64,000 nucleotides of DNA from Eledone cirrhosa (Eukaryota). Below are positions 27,376 through 38,915 of the stretch, piece by piece. A program made the translations under genes and the position numbers. How positions within the stretch are numbered: position 1 is the stretch's first letter; each line of letters starts with the position of its first letter. The stretch lies in assembly GCA_964016885.1 (NCBI GenBank), contig OZ024756.1:40424001-40488000 (forward strand), read 5' to 3'. Below the pieces are notes generated by a model, which did not search any database, was not told the DNA's origin, and was given only the letters and a program-made list of their open reading frames with translations.

Positions 27376-27572
27376 GAGTGGTCAAGATAGGGGTGGTGGA
27401 CTTGTGGTGGTCGAGATAGGGGTGGTGGACTTGTGGTGGTCGAGATAGGGGTGGTGGACTTGTGGTGGTCGAGATAGGGGTGGTGGACTTGTGGTGGTCG
27501 AGATAGGGGTGGTGGACTTGTGGTGGTCGAGATAGGGGTGGTGGAGTTGTGGTGGTCGAGATAGGGGTGGTG
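27376..27572. repeat. 29-bp G-rich minisatellite, ~7 copies
   Basis: gtggtcgagataggggtggtggacttgtg. Confidence 0.95.
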
Positions 27573-27584
27573 GAGTGATGTAGA

Positions 27585-28915
27585 CATAGTACTGTTGTAT
27601 AAAATGTGATATAACATAGTACTGTTGTATATAATGTGATATAACATAGTACTGTTGTATATAATGTGATATATCATAGTACTGTTGTATATAATGTGAT
27701 ATACCATGGTACTGTTGTATATAATGTGATATAACATAGTACTGTTGTATATAATGTGATATATCATAGTACTGTTGTATATAATGTGATATATCATAGT
27801 ACTGTTGTATATAATGTGATATATCATAGTACTGTTGTATATAATGTGATATAACATAGTACTGTTGTATATAATGTGATATATCATAGTACTGTTGTAT
27901 ATAATGTGATATACCATAGTACTGTTGTATATAATGTGATATACCATGGTACTGTTGTATATAATGTGATATACCATAGTACTGTTGTATATAATGTGAT
28001 ATAACATAGTACTGTTGTATATAATGTGATATATCATAGTACTGTTGTATATAATGTGATATATCATAGTACTGTTGTATATAATGTGATATAACATAGT
28101 ACTGTTGTATATAATGTGATATACCATAGTACTGTTGTATATAATGTGATATATCATAGTACTGTTGTATATAATGTGATATACCATGGTACTGTTGTAT
28201 AAAATGTGATATAACATAGTACTGTTGTATATAATGTGATATACCATAGTACTGTTGTATATAATGTGATATACCATAGTACTGTTGTATATAATGTGAT
28301 ATATCATAGTACTGTTGTATATAATGTGATATACCATGGTACTGTTGTATATAATGTGATATAACATAGTACTGTTGTATATAATGTGATATAACATAGT
28401 ACTGTTGTATATAATGTGATATAACATAGTACTGTTGTATATAATGTGATATAACATAGTACTGTTGTATATAATGTGATATATCATAGTACTGTTGTAT
28501 ATAATGTGATATACCATAGTACTGTTGTATATAATGTGATATACCATAGTACTGTTGTATATAATGTGATATATCATAGTACTGTTGTATATAATGTGAT
28601 ATACCATAGTACTGTTGTATATAATGTGATATATCATAGTACTGTTGTATATAATGTGATATACCATAGTACTGTTGTATATAATGTGATATATCACAGT
28701 GCTGTTGTATATAATGTGATATATCACAGTACTGTTGTATATAATGTGATATATCATAGTACTGTTGTATATAATGTGATATAACATAGTACTGTTGTAT
28801 ATAATGTGATATATCATAGTACTGTTGTATATAATGTGATATATCATAGTACTGTTGTATATAATGTGATATACCATAGTACTGTTGTATATAATGTGAT
28901 ATATCACAGTGCTGC
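27585..28915. repeat. 30-bp minisatellite, ~44 copies
   Basis: catagtactgttgtatataatgtgatata(a/t/c). Confidence 0.95.
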
Positions 28916-29255
28916 TGTTTTGAATATTTCAGAAACATCAGCGGTTTGTTGTGGTACAGGACGTTAAGTGTTAAACTGAGTCAAACCTTCATCAATTCAA
29001 ACCAGGAAACAAACAAATATAACAAAGAACTTGATTTAGAAAACCTGTTTCTATTCCTTACAAACTGGTATTATTATTATTGGTATTATTAGTGGTATTA
29101 TTAGTGGTATTATTAGTGGTATTATTAGTGGTATTATTAGTGGTATTATTAGTGGTATTAATGCTACTTCTCACAGCCATTCTCTACATTGTTATAGTGT
29201 CATTATAATTATAATACCAGAGAGAGAGAGAGAGCTGCTATTGATAAGGGGATGG

Positions 29256-29314
<59 letters not shown>

Positions 29315-29616
29315 TGAAAAATGGTGTGCTGAGTTGTTGCGAATGTGAACATATAAATGAAAATAGACCAAGACACGACTGTCCATCATCAGTAGTCTGC
29401 TGATTATCATTGGTATTTCTTTGCATTAAAGACTAGATACCTAAAATCAGTGCGAGCGATAACTAAATTAAGTTATCAGGACAGAGGGAAAAGAAAAATG
29501 TAAACAAACAACAGGGTAGTAATGCAACGTAAAGAGAGGAAAAGAGAGTGAAGTCAATGAATCTTGTGGGCATAATCAGCAGACTACTGATGATGGACAG
29601 TCGTGTCTCAGTCTAT

Positions 29617-29648
<32 letters not shown>

Positions 29649-29799
29649 CAAGTAAGAATACTTTCGAAACAGCGAGTGAGTTTGAAATTATTAGAAATGT
29701 AAGCTATCGCCGTATTTTGACTAAAGAAATTAAAGAAATTATTTAGCCTGATAGTGGGGTTAAGAACCCTCGGAGAAATGGAAAAAGATGAGTATTGAT

Positions 29800-29860
29800 G
29801 TACATGGGAGTCGAACCCACATCTTTGGTTATCCGGACCACTGTGCTACCATTTACACCA
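29800..29860 (-). pseudogene. tRNA-like sequence (pseudo-tRNA or SINE head)
   Basis: TGGTGTAAATGG A-box, stem TGGT-ccggata-ACCA, TGGGTTCGACTCCCA T-arm/B-box; no clear acceptor stem. Confidence 0.5.
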
Positions 29861-30042
29861 ACACATATATATATCATCATCATCGTTTAACGTCCATGTT
29901 CCACGCTTGCATGGGTTTGGAAGGGAGTTTTCCCACTTGAGGCAAGAGTGGTTGTCTTGCTCGCATAGGACTGTCTGGCGGGTTTTCTACAGCTGGATGC
30001 CCTTCCTAACACCAACCACATACATACATATATATGAAATTG

Positions 30043-30235
30043 TATGGCTTTGTGGCTAGAGAGTTAGGCTTGCAACTGTGAAGTTGTGAATTCGATTCTT
30101 AGACTGGGTGATGTGCTGTGTCCTTGAGCAAGACACTTTATTTCACGTTGCTCCAGTTCACTCAGCTGTAGAAATGAGTTGTGACGTCACTGGTGCCAGG
30201 CTGTATCAGCCTTTGCCTTTCCCTTGGATAACATC
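30043..30235 (+). mobile_element. tRNA-derived SINE family 3 (CORE-like gtgtccttgagcaagacacttt), representative copy
   Basis: B-box-like ttcgattc, then tgtgtccttgagcaagacactttatttcacgttgctccag. Other copies 10860-11025(-), 18770-18885(-), 40255-40395(-), 41325-41605. Confidence 0.75.
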
Positions 30236-30239
30236 ATAG

Positions 30240-31260
30240 ATAGTGTATATATATACTGGACATAGTGTATATATAATATATATATAGTGTGTATATATAC
30301 TGGACATAGTGTATATATAATATATATATAGTGTGTATATATACTGGACATAGTATATATAATATATATATAGTGTGTATATATACTGGACATAGTATAT
30401 ATAATATATATATAGTGTATATATATACTGGACATAGTGTATATATAATATATATATAGTGTGTATATATACTGGACATAGTATATATAATATATATATA
30501 TAGTGTGTATATATATACTGGACATAGTATATATAATATATATATATAGTGTGTATATATACTGGACATAGTATATATAATATATATATATAGTGTGTAT
30601 ATATACTGGACATAGTATATATAATATATATATATAGTGTGTATATATACTGGACATAGTATATATAATATATATATATAGTGTGTATATATATACTGGA
30701 CATAGTGTATATATAATATATATATAGTGTGTATATATACTGGACATAGTATATATAATATATATATAGTGTATATATATACTGGACATAGTGTATATAT
30801 AATATATATATAGTGTGTATATATACTGGACATAGTATATATAATATATATAGTGTGTATATATACTGGACATAGTATATATAATATATATATATAGTGT
30901 GTATATATACTGGACATAGTATATATAATATATATATATAGTGTGTATATATACTGGACATAGTATATATAATATATATATATAGTGTGTATATATACTG
31001 GACATAGTATATATAATATATATATATAGTGTGTATATATATACTGGACATAGTGTATATATAATATATATATAGTGTGTATATATACTGGACATAGTAT
31101 ATATAATATATATATATAGTGTGTATATATACTGGACATAGTATATATAATATATATATATAGTGTGTATATATACTGGACATAGTATATATAATATATA
31201 TATATAGTGTGTATATATACTGGACATAGTATATATAATATATATATATAGTGTGTATAT
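30240..31260. repeat. TA-rich ~40-bp satellite
   Basis: tactggacatagt cores separated by variable (TA)n. Confidence 0.9.
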
Positions 31261-31880
31261 GAGTTGTGATGTCACTGGAGCCAAGCTGTATCGGCCACTG
31301 CCTTACCCTTGGACAATGTTGCTGTCATGAAGAGGGGAGATTGATATACAGGGGCTACTGCTGATCTTCCACAAACAAACCATGTTCAGGTTTGTGCCTC
31401 GGAGTGAATCTTTCTAGGTGCAACACCATGGTCATTATGGTCACCTGACCCAACTTGCCTCAAATGGGACAACCAGTCTAACCCATGCCAACATTGAAAA
31501 TGGACGTTAAACGATGATGATGATGTGTGTGTAGGTGTTTGTGTGTGTGTGTGTATGTATGTGTGTAGGTGTTTTTGTGTGTGTGTGTATGTAGATGTTT
31601 GTGTGCGTATGTATGTGTGTATGTTTCACTTCATTTACATAAAACTCATTGCTGTTATATATCTCTGAGAAGTTATTCAACACAGCTCCATCTTACAATG
31701 TCAACAAGATAGAAATAAATGTAAACAAACCATTAGAAAAGTTGCCAAAATTCCAACAAGAAACTGATATCAACTTCATATCACTTCTCTATTAATTCAC
31801 CCCCACCTCCACTACCACTACATCCACTACCACCACTACCACTACACCACCACCTCCACTACCACTACCTCTTTCTATTC

Positions 31881-32093
31881 TTAACCTTCTACCATTTACA
31901 TTACTCTATATTTACCATTCATTTTCATGGTAAAGGATTTACCTCACATAATATCGAATCTGAGATTTTGATGTTATTTATTTTGAGAATAATACCTTAA
32001 CATCAGTATGAGTGGCCGGTTATGGCCAGTTTGAACAGAAAGAGGTGAGAGAATTCTAGCCAGATATGGTCAGTTTAAATGCTAAAGTGTTAA
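31881..32093. mobile_element. piggyBac-type MITE, unit length
   Basis: TTAA-flanked, 213 bp, slightly decayed TIRs, same body as the family. Confidence 0.75.
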
Positions 32094-33992
32094 GTTATAT
32101 TTATATGGTTACTGAAGCAGTTCTGTTGCTATGGTTTGGTGCTGAGAAGAGGGTTGGGGAGAGGGGCTACTCAACATTCTGTGGGTGGGGGAGGGGTCAA
32201 CTAATTCAATGTGGGTGTCTGTCTATGTGTGTGTCTGACTGTATGTGTGTGTGTGTGTGTGTATGTGTTTATCTGTATGTGTGTGTGTGGATTTGTATGT
32301 GTGTGTGTGTGTCTATTCTAGTTTTTCAGTCAATGGAACAGCCTACTCATGATATTAACTATCTGTCTGTGTATTCCAGTCGTTTGGTCAATAGAATAGC
32401 CTGCTCATGATATTAACTATGTGAATGTGTGTGGGTGCGGGTCTGTCTGTGGGGGTGTGTGTCTCTCTCTCTCTACTCTAGTTGTTCGGTCCACAGAACA
32501 GCCTACTGTTTAACTTGTAAAATTACCAAGCATTCCACAAACCTGTGTACTTTTGGTGTAATTCTCAGGGAGATTCAACATGACACAGTGAGTACCAGGT
32601 GGTGTTTGTGAGGGTACTTGACTATTTCAGCACCTTAGCCCCCCCAATCACCTGTGACAATATCGTGCCTGGGCTTGCCTAAAATATTTTAAGAAGTAAA
32701 CACTAGAATTCTCTGTGGTAGCGCCTCTTTATTCTCTCTGACTCATTTTTTATCGATTTGCTTTTCGTAAATCATCGATATATATAGTTTTACTGAATTC
32801 GGTCAAACTGTGACCATACTGGGGCACACCTTTTTTTTTAGTCGATTTAATATAGATGTGTGTGTGTGTTTTACATATGATATATACACATACGAATATA
32901 TGTGCGTGTGTTAAATATATATATATATAAATATATGTGCGTGTGTGTATGCTAATTTAAAATATATGTGTGTGTGTTAATTATATATATATATGTGTGT
33001 GTGTTATATATATATATGTGTGTGTGTGTGTGTGATAGCTATGATATATTTTAGCAAGGTAAATCTTCACAAATGGTACCCCACAACATCTTGTTTATTA
33101 TGAAATCAGATCTTCTCAAAATTGAAAATGGTAAGTAGACACTATAGACACTTAAGATTTAGTTGGTGTGTCTTGAAGAAATAAAGTTTTCGAAACGGTA
33201 GTAGTAAGTAATTATGTTTCTTTCTTTGGTGGAGGAACCCCATAACCTCCGTCACGGTGTCAGGCGGGGGTTATGACAATAATCTACCTTGAAAACTGAC
33301 ACGGTTCGATTTAGAGAGAGAAAGAGAAATATATAATATTTGTAGTAGGGTTGCTTGGATGCGTCCATAGGCGATATACCTATATATATATATATAGGTA
33401 TATCGCCTATAGATATATATATATCAGGATGTATTCAGTTTGAAAATGGCTAGCCCATTACTCACTAGAGTACGATTATATTATACAGATTCAGGACCCC
33501 GACGGCTGAGCTCTTGCCGTTTCAACTTATATAAGTTAAAAAAAGTATTTCTCTCTAATACTTTGACAGTTCAATGAATGGATAAAATATTGAACTTAGA
33601 GAAACTTATTTCAATCGATCTAACTTATATTCCACTAAATTGAGATTTTGGCATAAAGAGAGAGAGAGAGACTTAGTGTTACGTCTCTCTCTATATTCTG
33701 AGTTCGAACACAGCCGAGGTGAGCTTAGTCTTTCATCCTTCTGGGGGTTCTATAAAGTAAAATACCAATCATATACTTGGATCGATCTAATTGAATTTTG
33801 TCTTTCTCCCTTTTTTTTTTTCTCTCAAAATTGCTGGCCTTATCCTTAAATCATAAACCATTTTTGAAGAAGACCCAATGGCTATTTAGACCAAACATTA
33901 ACTGTGTCTGTGTGTTGACTTCGTGGGGTAACTTTAAAGTTTAGCAGTTAGTAGTATAGGAAAAAAAAATGTAGTCAATTTTTAAAACTTAC

Positions 33993-34104
33993 CAAGAAAT
34001 ATTTATAACTCCAGTGAAAGGACAAAGGTTAGAGAAATGTGTAGCGTCTCGGAATTATATAAATAAATAAGCTAAAATATTAGTCTGTGGTTGTTAAATG
34101 AATC
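33993..34104 (-). other. Candidate non-coding (5'UTR) exon
   Basis: Pyrimidine tract plus ctttAG acceptor (34106-34105) and TTG|GTAAGT donor; stops in all frames, no ATG. Confidence 0.3.
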
Positions 34105-35189
34105 CTAAAGATAGATATAAAATAATTATTATTAAACGACGCCAGCTACTGACTTTTAAGAGAGACAGCAATTAGACTGTTGAGAAGTGATTCTTGTAGA
34201 GAGGAGAAGAGGGTAAACTTACTGACTCTCTCTCTCTCTCTTACTATAGTATGTGGGGAGGGGGTAACCAAACTGACTCTCTCTCTCTCTCTCATTCTTT
34301 CTCTTTCTCTTACCATAAAGAGTATGGGGAGGGGGTAAACTTACTGACTCTCTCTCTTACTATAAAGTGTGAGGGAGGGGGGTAAACATACCGACTCTCT
34401 CTTTCTCATTCTTTCTCTCTCTTTATTTCTTACTGTAAAGCGTGTTTCGGGAGGAGGAGGGAGTAAAATCACTGTCTCTCTTTCTGTCCCCCTCCCCTTC
34501 TATCCACCAACTCTCCCTCTATCCACCACTCTCCCTCTCCTATCCACCCCCAGTCCCCATCTATTCACTTCACACATGTCACTGGGTTTTTTTATTGGAA
34601 TATGTTTTCTCTCTCTACACACGCCTATATGCATTCACTAACACACACACACACACTTAGATGTATTCACTAACACACACACACCTACATGCATTCACTA
34701 ACACACACATACCTACATACATTCACTAACACACACACACCTAGATGCATTCACTAACACACACACACCTACATACATTCACTAACACACACCTACATAT
34801 ATATATAATTTCAGTAATTCTTTTATTACAACCGTCTCTAAGGAGGATTGGCAGAATCAGTAGAGCGTCGAACAACATGCTTTGCGGCTTATAGTTACTA
34901 CCTTTTACATTCTGAGTTCAAATCCCTGTTCCCCCAGGGTAGCTTTGCCTTTCATTCTTACAGGGGATTGATAAAATAAAGTACCAGTAATGCACTGGAA
35001 TCACTTTAACCGACTTTCCTTTCCCTTCAAATTGCTGGCTTTGTGTCTAAAGTAGAAATAGTTATTGCACCTGTCTCCGAAACAGATGTTATAGAGTTCT
35101 CAAGTAGGGGGTACATATGATGGGTATGAAGGCCATATTTGTTCAAAACACATCACAAATATCTTGGCAGCACTGTCTCAGATAACGCA

Positions 35190-36055
35190 CCACTAGAGCA
35201 GGAAATCACAGAATAAGCAGGGCAACGCTGCATTTGGTAGGATCTAGGAAAGGCTGTGGAAAACTAGGCATGTTTCTATACAGGTCAACTGTAAGATATA
35301 CCAGGCTGTTGAGCTTTCTTTCCTACTATTTGGAGCTGAAACCGGGACAGTTTATAAAACTGAAGTAGACAAGTTACATACATATATAATGAAATTATTG
35401 TGTACAGTGCTCAGATGCACTACAACTCATCAAAGGTGCATGTATGGTACATAGAATATATGATGAGAGAGCTGTGGTAAATGATGAATATTACTCTGTT
35501 TGACAGGATGAGGAATGAAGAGATCCTCCGGTGTGTTGGCCTGTCTCCTATCATGGAAATCCTCATTAATAGGAAGGCCACCAACAGACCCACACACACA
35601 CAACTCCCTCTTACTACAAGTTACCACAATTACCTTCAAATCAAAACAGTTCATACTCTTCCCTCCGTCTTACCACCACCACCGCCACCACCACCATCAT
35701 CATGTTTATCATTGTTTAACTTCTGTTTTCTCTGTTAGTAAGGCCCTTATTGATAGAAACTTACAATGGTTGAGACACAAATACAGGAGGGACCAACAGC
35801 AGACTCCCTGACACCTCCTTTGCTCCCCAGACAACTATTTTACTCCCAACTATACACGGGGGAAAAGAAACCAAGGTAGACGTGGACTGATATTCAAAGA
35901 TACTGCAAAGAAGAATATGAAGTGGAAAGGATTTGACCGTAACAAATGGCAAACTGGGCCCAAAACTGACCCCAAAACACTGACCAGTGTGGAGAAAGTC
36001 TATCATGACACGCGACAGACATAAACTGTCAAAGTCACGTTGATTGACTACTGGA
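35190..36055 (+). mobile_element. Decayed RTE-clade LINE 3' region
   Basis: Degenerate AAFGR..RLW..R.VS...KIYQAV...LLFGAET motif, interrupted by other repeats, ending in a (CAT)n tail. A similar relic lies at ~37480-38320. Confidence 0.65.
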
Positions 36056-37064
36056 TCATCATCATCATCATCATCATTATAAATAGTGTTTGTATAATGA
36101 TAATGGAGAACGTTTATCAAGAAATGTGAGAGACACTGTCATAGCTGCATTGGCTGACAGCTTGATGGTGATGATCATAGTCATTATCATCATCATCATC
36201 ATCAATATTATATAAATAGTTTATATAATGGGTGTTGTGTGTGGTGTGTGTATATATAAAGCGTGTTTATATAATGAATGGAGTGTATATTAAACACGCT
36301 ATATAATAAATATGGTGTATATAGAAGCACGTTATATAATGGTATATATATATAAACACGTTATATAATAGGTATGGTGTGTATATATATATAAGCACGT
36401 TATATAATGAGTGTTGTGTGTATATATACACACGTTATATAATGGGTATTGTGTGTATATATAAACACGTTATATAATGGGTATTGTGTGTATATAAACA
36501 GTGTTTATATAATTAATATGGTGTATATATACACATGCTATATAATGAATAAGGTGTATATATAAACATGTTATATAATGGGTATAGTGTATATATAAAC
36601 ATAGACAGTCCTATGCGAGCAAGACAATCACTCTTGCCTCAAGTGGGAAAACCCTCGTCCAAACCCATGCAAGCGTGGAACACGGACGTTAAACGTTGAT
36701 GATGATGATGATGATGATGATGCTATATAATGAATAAGGTGTATATATAAACATGTTATATAATGGGTATAGTGTATATATAAACACGTTATATAATGGA
36801 TATGGTGTATATATAAACAGTGTTTATATAATTAATATGGTGTATAAATAAACACATTATATAATGAATATTATTTACAAAATAAACAAATCAACAGAAA
36901 TTAATCTCATAAAAAATGATTGAGAGAAAACATGTGGTAGAGTGGATCACATGGTACAACACAAGACATGTAGTAGGGTGTTTGCCTCTAAAATTAAGAC
37001 ATTTGTGGTATTTCTATGGGTTATAGTGAGGCTCAGGTGGTGGAAGAGCCAAGCATATGAGTGG

Positions 37065-37440
37065 CCCAAGTTTATCATCTTCCTCGTGAGGGGCACAAGT
37101 TTATCATCTTCCTCGTGAGGGGCCCAAATCTATCATCTTCCTCGTGAGGGGCACAAGTTTATCATCTTCCTCGTGAGGGGCCCAAATCTATCATCTTCCT
37201 CGTGAGGAGCACAAGTTTATCATCTTCCTCGTGAGGGGCCCAAATCTATCATCTTCCTCGTGAAGGGCACAAGTTTATCATCTTCCTCGTGAGGGGCCCA
37301 AATCTATCATCTTCCTCGTGAGGGGCCCAAATCTATAATCTTCCTCGTGAGGGGCACAAGTTTATCATCTTCCTCGTGAGGGGCCCAAATCTATCATCTT
37401 CCTCGTGAGGGGCACAAGTTTATCATCTTCCTTGTGAAGG
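37065..37440. repeat. 29-bp minisatellite x13 with two alternating variants
   Basis: tatcatcttcctcgtgaggg followed by gcacaagtt or gcccaaatc. Confidence 0.95.
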
Positions 37441-38489
37441 GCCCTGCAATCTGATCACTGACCTCTGATATAGATCAGGAAATAACAACAACCTGAAACC
37501 AACTGATATGTAAGAAGAAGAAGTGAAGCATAAGGTGATACTTCAGTAAGGCGAGAAACCAACGATGTCACCACAGACTGAGAAAATGTAGTTTAGCTAT
37601 ACAATGAGGGTATTTCAGCAGTTCAGCCTCACCTTTAATGCTGTATCTAGGATGTAAGAAGGAATAATGAAGTTACTGTCAGTGGTGCCTTATATAAGTC
37701 AACTACCCCATAACCCAACATCAAAGGGTAGGGTTATTGTCTGTCTTCCCATTGACCCCAGACAATCCCAAAACTTAGTACTGGCTGCTGTCAATAACTC
37801 TGATTATCTAGGAAGTACAATTTCGTGAAATTGGGTCACTAAATGAAGAGGTCAATTTGTGTATTAGAAAAGCATACTCAGCTTGTGTTCTCACCGAAAT
37901 ATGGACCATCATCATTGTTTAACGTCTATCTTCCACGCTAGCATGGGTTAGATGGGTTTGTCCCATTTAGAGGCAAATCGGGTCGGGTGACCATGTCTCA
38001 CTCATATAGGACTGTTTCTAGCTGGTTTTTTACGGCTGGATCCCCTTCCTAACGCCAACTACATTTACAGAAAACACATAAAGACTTTAGAAAAGTTTCA
38101 TTAGAACCGTCTTAGACAGATTGTAGGAGAGAAGTGGACAAGCTTTACACCTGGTACAGCTACACTTCAATGTGTTAAGAACACAAACATAGAGTCCCAT
38201 TTGATGATAAGTAGTTTGTATTGGGTTGGCCATGTTGTTCAGTTTGTGGAGAGATTGCCAGAACAATTATTGTATGGAGGGTTAAATATAAGGAAGAGAT
38301 GTCTGTGTAAGCCAAATATATGATTATATACTATATATTATATACTATATATATTATTTATTATGTGTCTATATTTATATTCTGTAAGTATTCATTAAGT
38401 TTTGTAGATATTATCTGAGGCTCGTGTTTTTTAGGACAATGGCTCTGTGGATTCAAACACTGGCTTACACACACACATTTATATATAAT

Positions 38490-38753
38490 AAGCTATCTCT
38501 ATGTCTATATATATGTTTATATATATATATATGTCTATGTGTATATATATATGTCTATATATATATATATATGTCTATATATCTATATGTCTATATATAT
38601 ATATATGTCTATGTATATATATATGTCTATATATATATATGTCTATGTATATATATATATATCTATATATATCTATATATGTCTATATATATATATATGT
38701 CTATGTATATATATATATGTCTATATATATATACATGTCTATGTATATATATA

Positions 38754-38801
<48 letters not shown>

Positions 38802-38815
38802 CATATGTCTATATA

Positions 38816-38853
<38 letters not shown>

Positions 38854-38915
38854 TATATATATATATATGTCTATATATATATATATGTCTTTATATATAT
38901 GTCTACATATATGTA
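38490..38915. repeat. (TA)n/TGTC compound microsatellite
   Basis: atgtctatatat units. Confidence 0.9.

Noticed and set aside
27063-28938. 614- and 518-aa ORFs
   Set aside because: A 30-bp satellite open in several frames; not protein-like.
30206-31183. Long Tyr/Ile ORFs (also 38424-38981)
   Set aside because: Translations of (TA)n.
30187-31284. CRISPR-like look of constant cores with variable spacers (also 60790-61855 and the 29-bp arrays)
   Set aside because: Spacers are only (TA)n length variants, no cas genes, eukaryotic context.
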